Below are positions 1-14,080 of a stretch of DNA of 64,000 nt, one piece after another (position 1 is the first letter of the stretch; every line of letters starts with the position of its first letter). This stretch comes from Callorhinchus milii. Lineage: Eukaryota. Where the stretch lies: contig NW_024704742.1 in NCBI RefSeq assembly GCF_018977255.1, forward strand, positions 115,942,001-116,006,000. The letters run 5' to 3'. The notes below the pieces were generated by a model that did not search any database, had not been told where the DNA came from, and worked only from the letters and a program-made list of their open reading frames with translations. The position numbers and the translations under genes are program-made.

Positions 1-136
1 GATTGTTGGCCAGGACACAGGGAGAAAATCCCTGCTCTGCGGATAGTGTCATGGGATCTTTAACGTCCACCTGAATAGGCAGACAGCATTTTAGATGAAT
101 GCCTCATCTAAAGGATCTCATCTCCAATAATGCAGA
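1..136 (-). mobile_element. Old Deu-domain SINE (SacSINE1-like) fragment
   Basis: ttggccaggacac...ccctgctct...atgggatctttaacgtccacctga matches the copies at 3004-3360 and 47857-48155. Confidence 0.7.
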
Positions 137-1539
137 GCTAACTGATTCATTTAGCCCCATATTCTATCCATATTTTGCATGTCTACATTTTCACTAACAT
201 TGCAAACAGAGGAATTTCGACTCAGGGTAAGAGTGAGCACGTGCTTTCAGATATCATAACTTTTCTCCAATATGCGCTAGTCCATGGAGAACTCTTTCCC
301 AGGCTGTTTTATTAACATGATGATTACTTTACAGTCTTCATATTTTTGAATATCTTCCACTGAAAATGCAATCCAAACAAAAATGCAAAAGAGTGCTTAT
401 GCGACAGGCTTAGAAGATATTTTGAAGTTCACGATAGTTTTAAGTACTTGTCTCAATTGCTTCTGAGTGTGTTAGAATCATAACTAATTTTGTGCTCAAA
501 GGCGATTAAGGAACCCATTCACGCAGATTGGAGGGAACTTGCACGGTTTAAATGAGTTCTGAAATTAATCCATAATATTTTACGCTGCTTTCCTCCATCA
601 CATTTATTTAATGTTTGATTAAGCTGCAGCCTCTTTTCACTATTTTTTTCCATAAGCTGGTTTATACAATGATCGGCTGTCCTTTTGACAAGCGTTGGCA
701 AACATGCAAACAACTGAAAAGGTTAACTCGTACTGTTGGTTTTCCTTGAAGATCCAGCAATATACACGTTTTTAAAGTTGCATATTTGCATAGAAAAGCG
801 GAGATTTTACATGAGTTTGATGGGGGAAAATCTGTGATTGTTTTGGGGATAGATTTTAAAAGAGATCAGGAAGGCGGGTATGAAGAGGACAATTTGTTAA
901 ATTTGATCAGTAGAGAGATTAGTTGGTATTTATTGATAATTGCAAATAAATATACACGTTGGTAAAATTCTGACCCAAGTTATACATTACTATCATATTT
1001 CTTTTAACTCCACGATTTTTAACTATATTCTTCCTACTTATACTCGAGGTAGGATTTGTATTGTACATATGCACGCTGATATTTTCCAAGGACTGTATTT
1101 TATAATGTTTCTTCGTTGTTTATAATGTTTAATACTAAAAAGTTTAAAACGGGTTAAAAAAAAGAATAAACAAACAGGAAATAAAAAGATTACCAAAACC
1201 GGGCAGTAGTTGTAATTAATCCAGACACATATTTTAAAGTTTTGATCGCTTACCTTTAAAGTACTCGAGGATAAGATCCGAATATTTAAATTGCCATTTG
1301 AACTTCACAAAAGATTTTTACGGATCCTTTTAAGAATCACCGTTTAAGAACACAGCTATCACCTGTTTGCTACCCATGGAATTAGACCTGTGCTCCTTTT
1401 GACACGTACTTCATTTCAGAAACTGCACCATTATTGCTGTAGATTTATCATGTTACATTTATGTGAGGCTATAAATCCTATGTTATAATAAATCTTTCTT
1501 ATAAACAGTACTGCAACTGTTTGTTTTAATATTACCTTA

Positions 1540-1900
1540 TGTAATCTGCTGTTGCAAACAAATTGTAGTTACTGGGAAAGAAAACAATGCCATAGTTCTT
1601 ATAAATCATATTATAATTATAAATGTATTGTGGTCATTGTGAATTACACTGCAATCATTATAGTGTAGCTATTAATTATACTGTAGTTATCATATTGTAG
1701 TAAAATTATTATACTGCTAATAATACTGCAATTATAGCTAATTCATCTGTTATGCATAATCTTGCAGTTATTAATGATATTGTGATGATAAATGTTACTG
1801 GAGTTATTATAAATGTTTCTGCCATTGCCACTAATATGAATTATTATAAATAACATCACAGATGTAATGATTGTTACAATAAATGATTACACTAGTTGGA
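1540..1900. repeat. Degenerate AT-rich low-complexity tract (TTA/ATT-based)
   Basis: Recurrent ttata/attata/gcagtta/actgca units, very high AT. Confidence 0.6.
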
Positions 1901-2399
1901 ACGATTGATTTCGATAAGATGTTTAAATGGTCACGTGATTGTATTTGGCACATTGGTTTATTTTGAGTTATTAGTGAGCCTTCAAAATAATCTCACAATA
2001 AATCGTTTCCAAGGCACCACTGGCCTAATTTACTAAATTGCCACTGTGACCTGCTTTCCCTCACGTGTCCCTAAACATTTACCTTCTTGGAGTCCAAGCA
2101 CTAAGCCACAATTGATCACTTTATTCTCAGCCAAAGGCAGAATAGTGGCTGTTGCTGTTATTATCCCTACAGACCTTTAGCTGCCAAACCAAACCCTGTC
2201 TGCTTGCAAGACTCATCATGAGGGAAAGCAGCAGAGATTTTTCCACATCTTTTTAACATTATTTCCATTGTCAGGCTTTTCTTATGTTAGTTTATGCTGG
2301 AGTAAAGTGGACTGTGCTGTGAACTCGTTAATATATATTATCAATATTTTGAGCTCTAAGATCCTAGTATTGCACTTAGAATACCTCGTACAATGCATA

Positions 2400-2700
2400 A
2401 ATCTGGTAGATAGACCATCATCTTGGCTAATTTCAGCTCAACCTTCCACAAAACCCACTCTACCTTCATTCCATTATAGCATTAAACTTATTTCTTTACA
2501 AAAGAAATGAGTCCAGTCTCCTGGTCTGAACCAACTTTTCTCGTAACCCATTCCAGTATTTAATTACCTTCTGGGTAAATAAATATTTCCTGGTGTCTGT
2601 ACCAAAATTGTACTTTGCAACCCTAAATCTGTGCCCTCTTGGTACATTTGGAAGTATTGTTCTGGGTTTACTTTCTCAAAGTCTATTCTTACCTAAAGTA
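2400..2700 (-). mobile_element. Decayed CR1-type LINE 3' fragment
   Basis: cattccagtatttaattaccttctgggtaaataaatatttcctgg is the reverse complement of the CR1 ORF2 C-terminal RxxFFTQRVxxxWN region; similar to 43260-43530. Confidence 0.5.
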
Positions 2701-2799
2701 TTTATTGCTGTTTATTACTAAGAGCAGTGTAAAGTATTATTTGAGAGCTAAAATCTCCTCAAAACACAATTGGTCTGGTATGAATTGTAAAATGACATT

Positions 2800-2915
2800 G
2801 CAACACACCCCCAGCACTGCATTGGAGTGTCATCTCAGACAAGTTGATTCTAAGTCCTGACATGAGGCTTCTGACTCAGAAGTGAGAGCGTGACCACTGC
2901 ACCAGGCTGACACAT
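2800..2915 (-). mobile_element. Old SINE 5' (tRNA-like head) fragment
   Basis: ctgactcagaagtgagagcgtgaccactgcaccaggctgacac resembles the reverse complement of the heads at 20046 and 43543. Confidence 0.6.
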
Positions 2916-3003
2916 AGTGTCTTAAAAATACAATAACTTGCCCTTGCATAGTACCTTACACTAATTGAATGTCATAAACTACACCAATGGAGGGTGGGAG
3001 GAG

Positions 3004-3360
3004 TAATAATAATAATCATCTTTGCATTTGATATAGCATCTAATGATGTCAGGAAGGTGTCCCAAAGCACTTCACAGGATGTACTGTGAAGTGAATTGTC
3101 TGGTGGGCAAAATGCTGCAGTTAATTTGTGCACAGGAATGTCCCACAAACTGCCATGAATTGAATGACCAATTTTATTTGGGGTATTTATGGCCACGACA
3201 CATGGAGAAATGCCCTGCTCATTTCAAATAATGCCAAGGGATCTTTAACGTCTATCTGAATAGATAGATGGGACCTCGGTTAAATCTATCCAAAGGATGG
3301 CACCTCCAACAATGCGACAGACTCCCAGCACTGCATTGAAGTGTCATCTTAGACTGCCTG
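3004..3360 (-). mobile_element. Old Deu-domain SINE (SacSINE1-like), 5'-truncated
   Basis: (TAA)n tail plus ttgcatttgatatagc, Deu core gcacaggaatgtcccacaaac, then ccctgctc...gggatctttaacgtc. Confidence 0.8.
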
Positions 3361-3614
3361 AGTTCAATTTCCCACATGGTGGCCGATCTTTTTGGTTGGC
3401 CAACAAAATAAATGTTTTTTGATTGAATATTTCTTGATTTGTGGCATAACTTTATGCTGTTTTGTTACGTCTGCGATTATTTTGTGTCCAACTAAAATGG
3501 TTTGTCCACCACTGATTTAGGGTGAGAGTTCCAGGGACCATAGGCAAGGTAGCTGAAGGCTTACTGATGCTGGAGCAGAGGGGTAAGAGAAGTGGAGCAG
3601 GGTAGCATTACACT

Positions 3615-3672
3615 ATCCATTTCAGATGCTGATCAAGCCTGTTGTGCAGTACCAGCATTTCCGGATTCTGCT
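3615..3672. mobile_element. Penelope-like terminal fragment
   Basis: cagatgctgatcaagcctgttgtgcagtaccagcattt resembles the reverse complement of 63805-63850. Confidence 0.4.
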
Positions 3673-6399
3673 GCAACTTCCCTAATAGACAATAGGGAAC
3701 ATTAACCCGTGAAAACCTCATATTATGACATTAATCAGCATGAATTGCACTATTGATCCTGATTTCATACTGCAGTTCTTGTCGTTTCAGAGTCCTGAAA
3801 GCCAGAACTAACTGGTTTTACAGTGCCCCCGGGTTATCCCGAGACTGCCTGTGGCAAATGACGATCTGCATATGCATAGATGTCATCAAATATCAATCAT
3901 ATAAAGATGTTTGCGCAAAGTCTCACTAGAGGTTTTTTTTTAGCTACATAATGGTAGCAGATGCATGGTGGTGCAATTGAAAATCAGGCAACTGTGCTCC
4001 CAGATTTCTTTACCATTATTTGCCAAATGGAGTTCCCAAAACACCCCTCTACTGGTTGGGCACGTGTGCGTGAATGTGTTGACTTTATCATATGTCACTG
4101 AATCCGAGTCCAATCCTGTCAAGATCACCTCAGGCAAATGCCATTCTAGACCAGGTTTCACTCTCCAGTCTGGGGGTTCAGGAATAGGGGGCAATTCAGT
4201 ACATCAAATCTATTCTGCCAGTTTATCAGATCTTGGTCGATATCTGTTCGCAATGCCCACTCTTTTACCAAATGCCTTAACACCTCTACTACTGTAGTTT
4301 CTGCTTATCTCGCATTTAAACATAACCTCTTTATAAAAAAAACTGTTTTGATTGCACTAATTCTTTACATATGATTCCTCTAATACGATATCAGTGTCAA
4401 TTGAAAGGTGACATTGATCAGCACCGGATTCTGGTTTTATTGACTGAATATAAATGAGTTATGGGAGCGACTGGGGTGTAAATGACCCTCACAATATGGA
4501 TAAGAGGCAAGTTGTTCAACTTACTTGATTGGGTGAGGAAACAACAAAAATGCAGGGGAGACATTGTGAGAAAAAGCAGATGAAACAGGCGTTGTGGAAA
4601 TCTCTCTGTTTTGCTTGGCGTCTTCTTAACAGCAAACCTGGGAAGATATTAATGGTAGCTGATGCAGAGCTGATCCAGAGTTAAAATTACTCAAAAAATA
4701 CCCCGCGTTAATTGACACCAATTCAGTAATATCAACCAGACCAAGTGTCCTAATTATCTGTGCTAACTGCACCGTGACATTACTAAGATGTTGTGTACTT
4801 TACAAGAGTTTTTTTTTCCCCGTGTTGTCTGCTGTTATCCGACTTGCCGTGATAATCACGGTGTGTAAAGTTGCACTACTTATTTTGCGAGTCTCCTGTA
4901 ATATTCTGTATTCGAAATACAAACTCGTGAAACAAAGTACTGCAATAGGAAAAGCAGATTTAGAAGTTCCTAGTGTTTAAACATCAAAGAGTTTAGGCAT
5001 GGGTCACTCTGAAATAACAAAATGTTGTACAAAACTACCTCTACTGTATATTACCTGGTGTAGTACATGAGAACTGCTGGAATACTTTGTGTCTCGATTT
5101 ATTTTTCAATTGCTATTGTGCACAGAGCGTTTACACATGGCTCCTTTGGTTTCCCATAATGGCTATTATGACTGTGATTGCTTAAAGAATTCTGAGGCAC
5201 AACTAGGACCACACAAGACGTCTCGGTCACAATGTTGCACATTTGCACAGGAAAATGAGCATAGCCATAAATGCCCTGGGGGAATGAATGGTATTTTAAA
5301 AAGAGACGTGGGGCCTTATTTTGTTTAAATATGTGTGTTTGTGTGTAAACAATACATTAAATCATGCATTATGTCAGGATTATTATAATAATGATTTTAA
5401 AATACCTGTTGTAAGTATAAAAACATACCGTGACCCATAATCTATACATAGAAAATTTCATGTTTCGAAATCATAATACTCAAGTAACGATTGTTTAAAA
5501 TACGCAAGCATTCATACAGTTTTGTGTTTAAGTTTAATCATTCCAGTGTACTTTTGTTACATTGGTATCTGGCCTGGCATCTTTTAAAATGCGGTAAAAA
5601 TTATGAGAATGAACAGAAGGCAAAAAAGATTTGCGTAAAGAACATTTTTTAAATTAAGCTGTAAGATCTTCACCGGCAGATTGGAACCATTCTCCACACA
5701 ATCCAAATGCCGTGTTTTATATCTAAACATTCGGCTGCCTCTCATCTTAGCTGAGATTGTTGAAACGTGATGGAAGATGGAAGACGCTAAGCGTAATATT
5801 TTCTGAAAAAAATATTATTTATATCTATCCGTGATTTGCTCCGAATGAAATTACCTTTTAAAAGAATCGGCATGTCACACAAAGCCACAAATTCTGATAT
5901 CAGTTCACCAGTTAAGAGTGAATCTGAGACCTGCTGAAAAATATTAACCCCACACATATGTTAAATATATTCAGGACACAATATGGTTGCAGTGATGTAA
6001 TGAAATGAGCCAATTCCCTACTGAATAATCCTAACATGTCTATTACACTTAACTATATTAATAAAGCTTCATGTTTTGTTTAAACAAATTACAATATTCA
6101 ACAGCACTACTAACTATGAATAATAATTACAAGTATCCAACAAATCGGATCATGCATCATATTATATCTACGATGCAATAGTATTTTACGTTAAATACTA
6201 TTCAGAATAACCTTCACCTGCGATAAGAGTATGAGCTAGACATTGATGCATCGTGTAAATTCGTTGAAAAGGATGTGAGTCCAGTTGAACTAACGCTATG
6301 TATTTGTTCATTAATTATATTTCACGTTGGAATAATCCTCCTCCATGTGATTGTTCCTGGTCGATTCTACCCACGAAATGGGTGAAGTGCTTTGGGCCA

Positions 6400-6580
6400 G
6401 TCAGTAAACAGCCATAAAAATGCAATGTAAACAGGCGTGTATTTAGAAACCTCCTATCTATAAATATGGTAATAAGTACGACTTCACAGTCACGCAAAAG
6501 GCCCCTAAATAAATATCGCCATCCTTTTGCACCAGTGTAGTCCTTCCAATAAGGCTGCATATTTCATATCAATTTATAGA
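6400..6580. promoter_or_regulatory. Candidate enhancer (Fox + posterior Hox/Cdx + MEF2-like motifs)
   Basis: Two GTAAACA, CCATAAA, CTATAAATA and TTTATA within unique sequence; motif-based only. Confidence 0.25.
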
Positions 6581-6844
6581 CAATTTTGTACTGTGGGCTT
6601 GTACCCAGATAGAAACTGAATTAACGTTGCCCAAACATTTTACTTTCCGATTTTACAGTGAACAACTTATGAAGAGGTAAATTCAGATGTCACTCTCCTG
6701 CAATTATTGAATAATTGTCACATGAAATTGTCATATGAATGAAGTGCTCCTGTACCCATTCTACTAACTATATCCCTTATCTGTAGGGAGATTTCTCCAC
6801 CGTTGAGCAAATGCCTTGGGAAATGTAAGGGGGAAACATTAACA

Positions 6845-7020
6845 TGTCATATTCAAGACTGAGATCGATAGATTTTTAAAAACTAAAGGGATTAAGGGAT
6901 ACGGGGATAGGACAGGTAAATGGAATAAGGTTAGAAGATCAGCCATGATTTTATTAAATGGTGGGGTAGACTCGAATGGCCAAATGGCCTACTCCTACTC
7001 CTAATTCTTATATTCTTATG
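6845..7020 (+). mobile_element. CR1 LINE 3' end
   Basis: FKTEIDRFLKTKGIKGY-type ORF2 end, then gatcagccatgat...aatggcctactcct and a (ttcttat) tail. Confidence 0.85.
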
Positions 7021-10000
7021 TCCAAACATCTCTCTCTGCATTGTCTTGTCCATCAACGGTCCCTTCAATGTTTTAAACATGATTATTCACTCAAAGAACC
7101 TCTCCAGTAGTTGATGATAGCCTTTGCTTCAGAACGTGTATTGAGAAGAAATGACGGGGAATTCAGCCGTTCAGGATGGTGTTGGGATCATTTTGAAATT
7201 CATCCCATTCCCTTTGGATTTTTTTTNACCATGGCGCTGAAAGCAGAAAGAATAGGGTTGTGCCCCTTTGGTTAGAAACCCACCCTAAAGGTAGGACGCC
7301 TATAAACTGAAGGCAAAACAATCTGCACCGGAAAGCTGTGGGTTAATTCTGCTTCAAGTACGGTAAAGTGGCTAATAGACCCATTGCAGGTTTCAAAGGG
7401 AGAGAGTGACGTTCATCTCATTTATCTGGTTCAGATTCAAATTCACCTTGGAGGGTGGAAGAGCAGTGTGGAAACCCACTCCACTACCCAGTATTAATTT
7501 ACCTGCTTATTCCCAGTCAAGATCTGATTTTGGACAGATGTAAATACTTCATCATACTTAAGAGTATCCATTGCTAAAAGTTCCACCAATGCATGCTACC
7601 TACTCATGGAAATTTTTATTTTTGTCTGGAATGGTGTGTGCACACTCTCTTTGCAGACTATGTGGCACACTTCCCATTTCTTGCCCAGCTAGGCCGCTCT
7701 CCTTGTTAGGGATTTGGCTTTGCAGGGATAACAAGAGCTCAGTGGAAATAATCCCTGCTGCCAGTGACTGTCTGGTCTGCCCTTCTAAGTCTTGCTGTAA
7801 AGCCAGACAGCATGCTCTGCCATCAACAGTGACTTGGAGTACTTGATTCAGGAACTCGTCTACCACCACAGAGGATCGACTCCATTCCTATATTTCATTG
7901 CCAGGCATGTCACCTTCAAGTCAACTCTACCCCGAGAAGACCCTGCTTACCCATCTCTCTCCACCCACATTCCTCCCAGGAGGCTAATCACTAGTTGGGC
8001 ATTAGACACCCAAGAAGCACAGGTCTGAGCCCTTAGTGGGTGGGTGGAAATTACCATGGACTTATTGGAAGGTTAGGGGGTCAATTTGATTAACTGAATG
8101 AACAACACACACAGTACCAACTAACCTGACCTTAAATGTAGCACCATAATGTTCGCTGAACACAGTCCATTGTCACCATACTCTGACTACAACCAGTTTC
8201 TTTTTACGTTTCCAAGATCAGGCTATGTCCTGTACTCCGATCGATCTGCTGAGAACATAGAGGGCACCTCAGTTTCAATCGCGGGAATGTGAATCCAGCC
8301 TCCAGCCCACATCACCTTTCCTGTTTGCATACGCAGACATGGCCCGTGGGTTACCGTGGCATAAATGTAATAAAAAGAGACATTTAGTTCTATCAATCAA
8401 ACTTGTGCTCTGATGGATATTTGCGCCTGAAACCTGATCCTGAATTTCTCTTTCAAACCAGAGTTATCCTGATCTAGATTTCTGTACCAAAATCTGATTG
8501 CCTGCATCCTTTTCTTTCGCTTTATAATAATAATAATAATTGCATTTGATATACTGTTGGTATAAGTGTGATCATATTATTGAAAGGGGTGTTGCTCGAT
8601 ATCTACATTATATATCATTTATTGATTATAATGCTATTGCACAAACTGGCGGTAATGAAGGATTTCTGGCCAAGTGCCTGAATGTAATGGTGGGAAATGA
8701 CAATCTTTCCTCTCTCATCCTTTCGCTCTCTCACTCCCCTCTGTGCTATCCGCTGAGTTCAGCTGTTAGCCTCACATTTTGTTACGCCAGAAATAGACTC
8801 TGATGCAGTGGGAAGAGAAATGTATCACATTAAAGGCCCACAGGATTTATGAGTTACCGATTGCACACCAGAAATATCAGCAGAGACCACGAGGGCAATA
8901 AAGCAGAGCTGAAAGAATGGTCGATCGCATGTGTGCTGACAGGCGGGACCATACTGACACAATGATCTCATAGTGTCAGGACGTGTTGTAACCAAGAGGC
9001 ATACATTATAAATGACTTTAGAAATAATTCACAACATCTTGTGCTGTTATGATTTCTGCAACTCTGTCATCGACGTTTCAAAACAAGGGTGATGCATATT
9101 ATTTTTTTCCACATCTCTTATTTGTTTCAGTAGAAGTGCAGACAATGGTTTTCTTATAGTCCTCCTGTCAGACTAACAGTACTGTTTATTTTCTGGGGTG
9201 GGGTGGGGGGGGGGGGGTCCAAATGGCAAATGTGTATTTTTCTGTCACTTGGGAGGAGGTTCGTCAATCTGCAATTTAAATTAACACGGGACATTTGAGA
9301 AATCGTTGTTTCATTTTACTGCGTGACTTTGTTTTAAACAGTTCCAAGCAGTGACTTATTCTATGTGTGAGCGTTGTTTCAAAGTGTGGAGTGCTTGCTT
9401 TACACAACCCCACACACACTCACTGCCATATTTCTGTTAAATGGTTCATAAAATTCCTCACGTTGCGCCCTGTGCAGCTTCAAGTGGATTTAAATAATAT
9501 TGTTAGATAACTGTGAAACTCAACCCCAAAATATTCAACCCAGATGTTTAGCCTGGGTAACCCTCTGGGCTAATAAACTAAACAAAAGCAAACCGTGCAA
9601 AGCTGCAGCAATGAAAACCAGGCTATATAAACCAAGGGAAGTTTACATGGACTGTTGTGCAGAAAAAAGAAAACAATTGCGTGAAATTATAATGTGAAGC
9701 ATGTGATGGCATAATAATTTCAGGGCAGACCTCGAGACTTTGCAGACAATAACCGTACGTTTAAATGGATATTACTGCATTCCTTCGTTATTGGTCACGT
9801 TAGTCTGGATTTGCCTGCAAACACATCATCAGGCGTTTTGTTTATATTCGTCCCCACCTGAACAAATGGATGAATTTGTTCTGCCACTCTCGTTCGCTAT
9901 TTCAGCTCTTAACATGCATCGATCTGCAATAGCTAAAACTCCTCCTGCTTGATGTTAAAATGGAGAATTCCATTATTTTGTAATATTAAATGCAACTATT

Positions 10001-13000
10001 TTAATTCGTGCATCCTTTTATTTGGCACCACTGCGGTTTGAGGGAAAGTACTTTAAAAAAAAACTTAATGAGCGACATGTGTTCAGGAACAATTTGAACT
10101 GTGTAATGCCACTTCATTGGAACAACTGCATTACATAATAAATAAAAACAATCCCAAGTCCCTTCTATTGAGAGAAGCGGTGGCTGCTCCCCTTCCCAAT
10201 CGGTTTGAAACTCGAACGTTAAAATAGCCCTTTTCCTAATAACTTCGGGTAAATGGCATACTGTTTGGTCGTGTACAAGCTGCTTAGCAGAACTGCAGCA
10301 AAGTACTGCCGAGCATGGAAGAGGGGGAAAAAAACCCAGCTTGCACTGAGCATAAAGAATGTTTGAACTTCTCCAAGTTACCCAGTCCAGGAGAGAAGCT
10401 GAATAAACAAGCGCTGCCTCTTGTATGACACGCAATGGGGGAAAGCTCTCTCGTGTACAGACATCACTTCACTGGTATTATGTCCTCAGTACTAACATGT
10501 CGCTTTTTAACTCTCTTCTAGAATTGTTTTTGCTTTTATTTGCTGAAGCACATTTCAAGATTTTGCTGCTACTGTTATTACCTTCCCCCCCTTTTTTGTG
10601 TTTCTAATGAGAGGTCATGAGGTGTGTGTGGGGGGGGGGGGGAGTGAGAACTAAATTCTACAGCAAAATACTGAGCTTACACTACTAGAAAATAAAAAAG
10701 ACGTAAAAAAAATACAATTGAAGAAGATACAAGCTGTTGCTTGTTTAATGGAGTAACCGCACAGTCCATTTCCTGCCTTTATCCATTTATATTTTCACAA
10801 CTTTTGTTTTGGAGTGTGCAGATCGTTCTACATAACGGAGACTTTAACAGCTGTGGAATTGAGTCTGTAAAGTCCATCGCATTTAGTTCTAGACCGTTGC
10901 TCCATAGACAAGACAAAGACGACTTAAAAGCAGTTTGAAAAGACTGGCCTTTGAATGGCTACTATTCAATTTGTATTTCATTCCCCGCTGGTCATGGAAT
11001 TGAGATCAGAACAAAAAGTGAAAACACATGGGTGAGGTCAGCAGGATCAGAGAACCACCACATACAGCAAAGGCTAGAAAAAGCAATGGGAACTTGTGTG
11101 AAGAAATAGATTGTATAAACAGAGTCTGCTATCGTCTGCACACTATTATCCTGTAATTTACACGGTATGGGAGCAAAGACATGTATTAACTAGTGAGATG
11201 TTTCATCACTTTTTAAACCCTGCCTCATGCCAATCAATTGCAATATCCATCTGGGCATGTCTGAAATTCTTTCTCTAATGTGTTTATTTAAACTATCCGG
11301 GATAAATTATTACATCACCGGCAAATTATGTTTATGTATACGGAATTTTCTTTCAAGTTTCTATCGCCGGAGCATGATTTTAATTGCATAATAAAGTAGA
11401 AATTATATTTGCAAAATAAACGTTATGATTTACAGTAGGTCGAGGGGATCGACAAAGGGTTACAGTGGAATCTGTCTTGGTGATTACTTCTTAACCAAAA
11501 TAGAGTCTGTCACTTAAAACCGAGAGGGGGACAGCTTTCTTGGTCTGAAGAATTAACCAACATGTTCTTTTTGAGTTTCGAGTTACTTCTTGTGGTAGGT
11601 AGTGAGTAGTATTATTGTGTTTAGTCTTGATGTAAATGTTTTAAACACACACACAAAAGGTCCGGGGCGCAATTTTATTTTATTGGTTAGAAAGGGTCAC
11701 CAAAAGAGCACAGGTTTTGAATTGCTGAAAATTGGAACTAGAGTTTTTTTTACAAAATCATGGTGTTCCAATATGTTGGAATCAAAACTGTTAAAAATGT
11801 ATAATTCTGCCCCCCCCCCCCCCCCCCCCCATGCCAGGAATATATCAAATGCATCAATAATAGCAATATTATGTCAATAACACACTGGTGAGATGAACGA
11901 TCTAAAATTGTCTTGCGAAAGAAGGCTTCGTAAAATAACATTGTAAAATAGATCGACATTGTCAGCTTCTAATAGATTTTCTTTGTGCAACAAAAAGTTC
12001 TCCCTGGAGATCAAATGTTTTGTATCACCTCAGGATTGTGGGGTGCCTTATAGTAATGCGATTTTTCAACTATTTCAATAAAGTTTTCCTCTAAAGGTCA
12101 CAGTCAGAGTATACCAGATTTATTATTTCTAAAGCTGGTTCGTTTTAAACTAATACTGTACTTGAACTAATATTGCTTTTAAAAATAAATGTTCCAGAAT
12201 TCGGAAGGGACTTTCAACAACAGAAGTCCAGAAGTAAAAGTGAGTGACAGATCGCCTTCTGTAATATTGTACCTTCAATACCTTCAATTTGCAGTTTCGC
12301 TTTCAGTGGTTTTGCGGGTTCTTTCTGTGTATTTTTCTAACGCAATGTCAGCCTTTTCCTGAAATGCAATAATTCTTTATTGCAAATCCTCCCGCGGTTG
12401 AAGTTTATTAGCGAGCTCAATCTATTATTATTTAGCTGCAGTTTATGCTTTGTATTTTTACAGCAAAAATAACAGAATTAAATCAGCAGTCTATTTATGA
12501 AATACAACTGGGAGCTATAAAATGAAGGAGGAACCTCGTGTGAACTCTTGAGTATTCAAAGAGGGGGGAAAAGCATTGGAATTTGGCTTATAAAATGCAA
12601 CTTTATAGAGTTCTGGGTATGGAGAGATTGCAAATATTAATGCGAAACTGTAATGCAGCAAAAGAGAAAATTAATAAACCATACTGTGCAAAATAAGTTA
12701 TGGAAACTCAACATTATAACACAATGACGAGATGAAATGGGGCCACCTCGGTGCGCATAAATGTTGGTTGATATAGCATTAATGTTAAAGCAAGAAGGGA
12801 ACACAGTAAGTTGAAAGGGTTTTGTTACCATTCATACAATCTGTGCAACAACAAGAAAAAAATACGCTGTTTTCCTAAAAGTGTGCTCTGTCAATAACGA
12901 AGTTGAGGCACATCTAAATTCTTCTGAATTAATTAGGATTTATGAATTGATAACACTTCAGTACTTAAAATACAATTTACTAAAATTATATGACTAGCGC

Positions 13001-13969
13001 CAACTATTCACATTTGGAAACCATTATATTTTATTTTGAAATTGTCCTTATTCGCTTAAGAGTGAATTAGAGTGTGTGTGTGTGTGTGTGAGGGAGTTGT
13101 TTTACTGTTTTTTTGAGATTGTACATTGGAAGTTTTAAATGTGCATTTGTGACATTTTCACATTATTTTCAGACTTCACACTTCCTTTTGTGGAGTTAAT
13201 TCTACAGTGACATCGACTGACGCCGTTTCACCGCACCACAGAATGGGAACAGGGAAGTGTAACAGTGGATGAGGTTATTTTTATTTATATTTTATGTCTT
13301 ACACAACACCGCCATGGTAGTTGAGCAAGATATCCTGACACACCCGTCCTATAACATTTATAAACTAGGTTATGTATAGCAGCTGAATGTGGAGAAAAAG
13401 CTTCCTGAGTTTTCAGAGTATATTAAAAATGCAACATGGTTGGTGCATTGTAGCTTTGGTTGCAATTATTGTCTCTGTTAACCATGAACGAACACATGAA
13501 CCAGCTCCAGTTATTGGGAGCAGATTAGCTCAGAATGCAGTTGCAATTCTCCACGATGCTCTTCCTCATTTTGGCGAGGACTGTGCATGTGTTAGGGGGG
13601 AAATGAAGAAACGGCGAGGGGGCAGTTTTGGGTGCAATGGTTATTTCTTAAACTCAATAACAGTCAAGACAGTACTGTACTTACACATACCCCGACGTCA
13701 ATTTAACTTTCAGTTGTCGAGGCGAGTGGTCAAGCAGTTGTGAAATTCTCTTCTGCCCTTTTGCAATCTAATCTCTCACTATCTTCCCACTTTCGCTCCG
13801 TGTTTGTTCCAGGGATGTTCCACACTAATATCCATCATTGTAATTATTCTCCTGTCCTTCCAATCTCCCAATCTGCTGTCCTCCCAATCTGATAAAATAT
13901 TGCCGAGGGAATGGAAAACCGATTGCTTTCTTTCCATTGAGAATGTGCTAAAAAAAGGTATATTGTGTA

Positions 13970-14080
13970 TTTTGCCCACAACATACAGTCACTCCGATTT
14001 ACTGTAAATCCCGTGAAGCGCTTCGAGACGTCTGGACCGAGTGATGGGATGTTATATCAATGCAAAGATTATTTATTATT
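13970..14080 (+). mobile_element. Deu-SINE 3' fragment
   Basis: gcccacaacatacagtc...gtgaagcgcttcgagacgtc...tatatcaatgcaaagattattt. Confidence 0.75.

Noticed and set aside
519..713. ORF containing ADHCINQL, resembling ZZEF1; also LLHLLDIG (~59520) and VVDTGML (~49200)
   Set aside because: Matches are short, recalled from memory, and not collinear with each other; a true chondrichthyan orthologue should be far more similar
7227..7227. Single N after a poly-T run
   Set aside because: Assembly ambiguity, not biology
13443..13463. gtgcattgtag, start of miR-33; likewise partial miR-30 (~15530) and miR-137 (~41533) matches
   Set aside because: Only about half the mature sequence matches and no hairpin is evident
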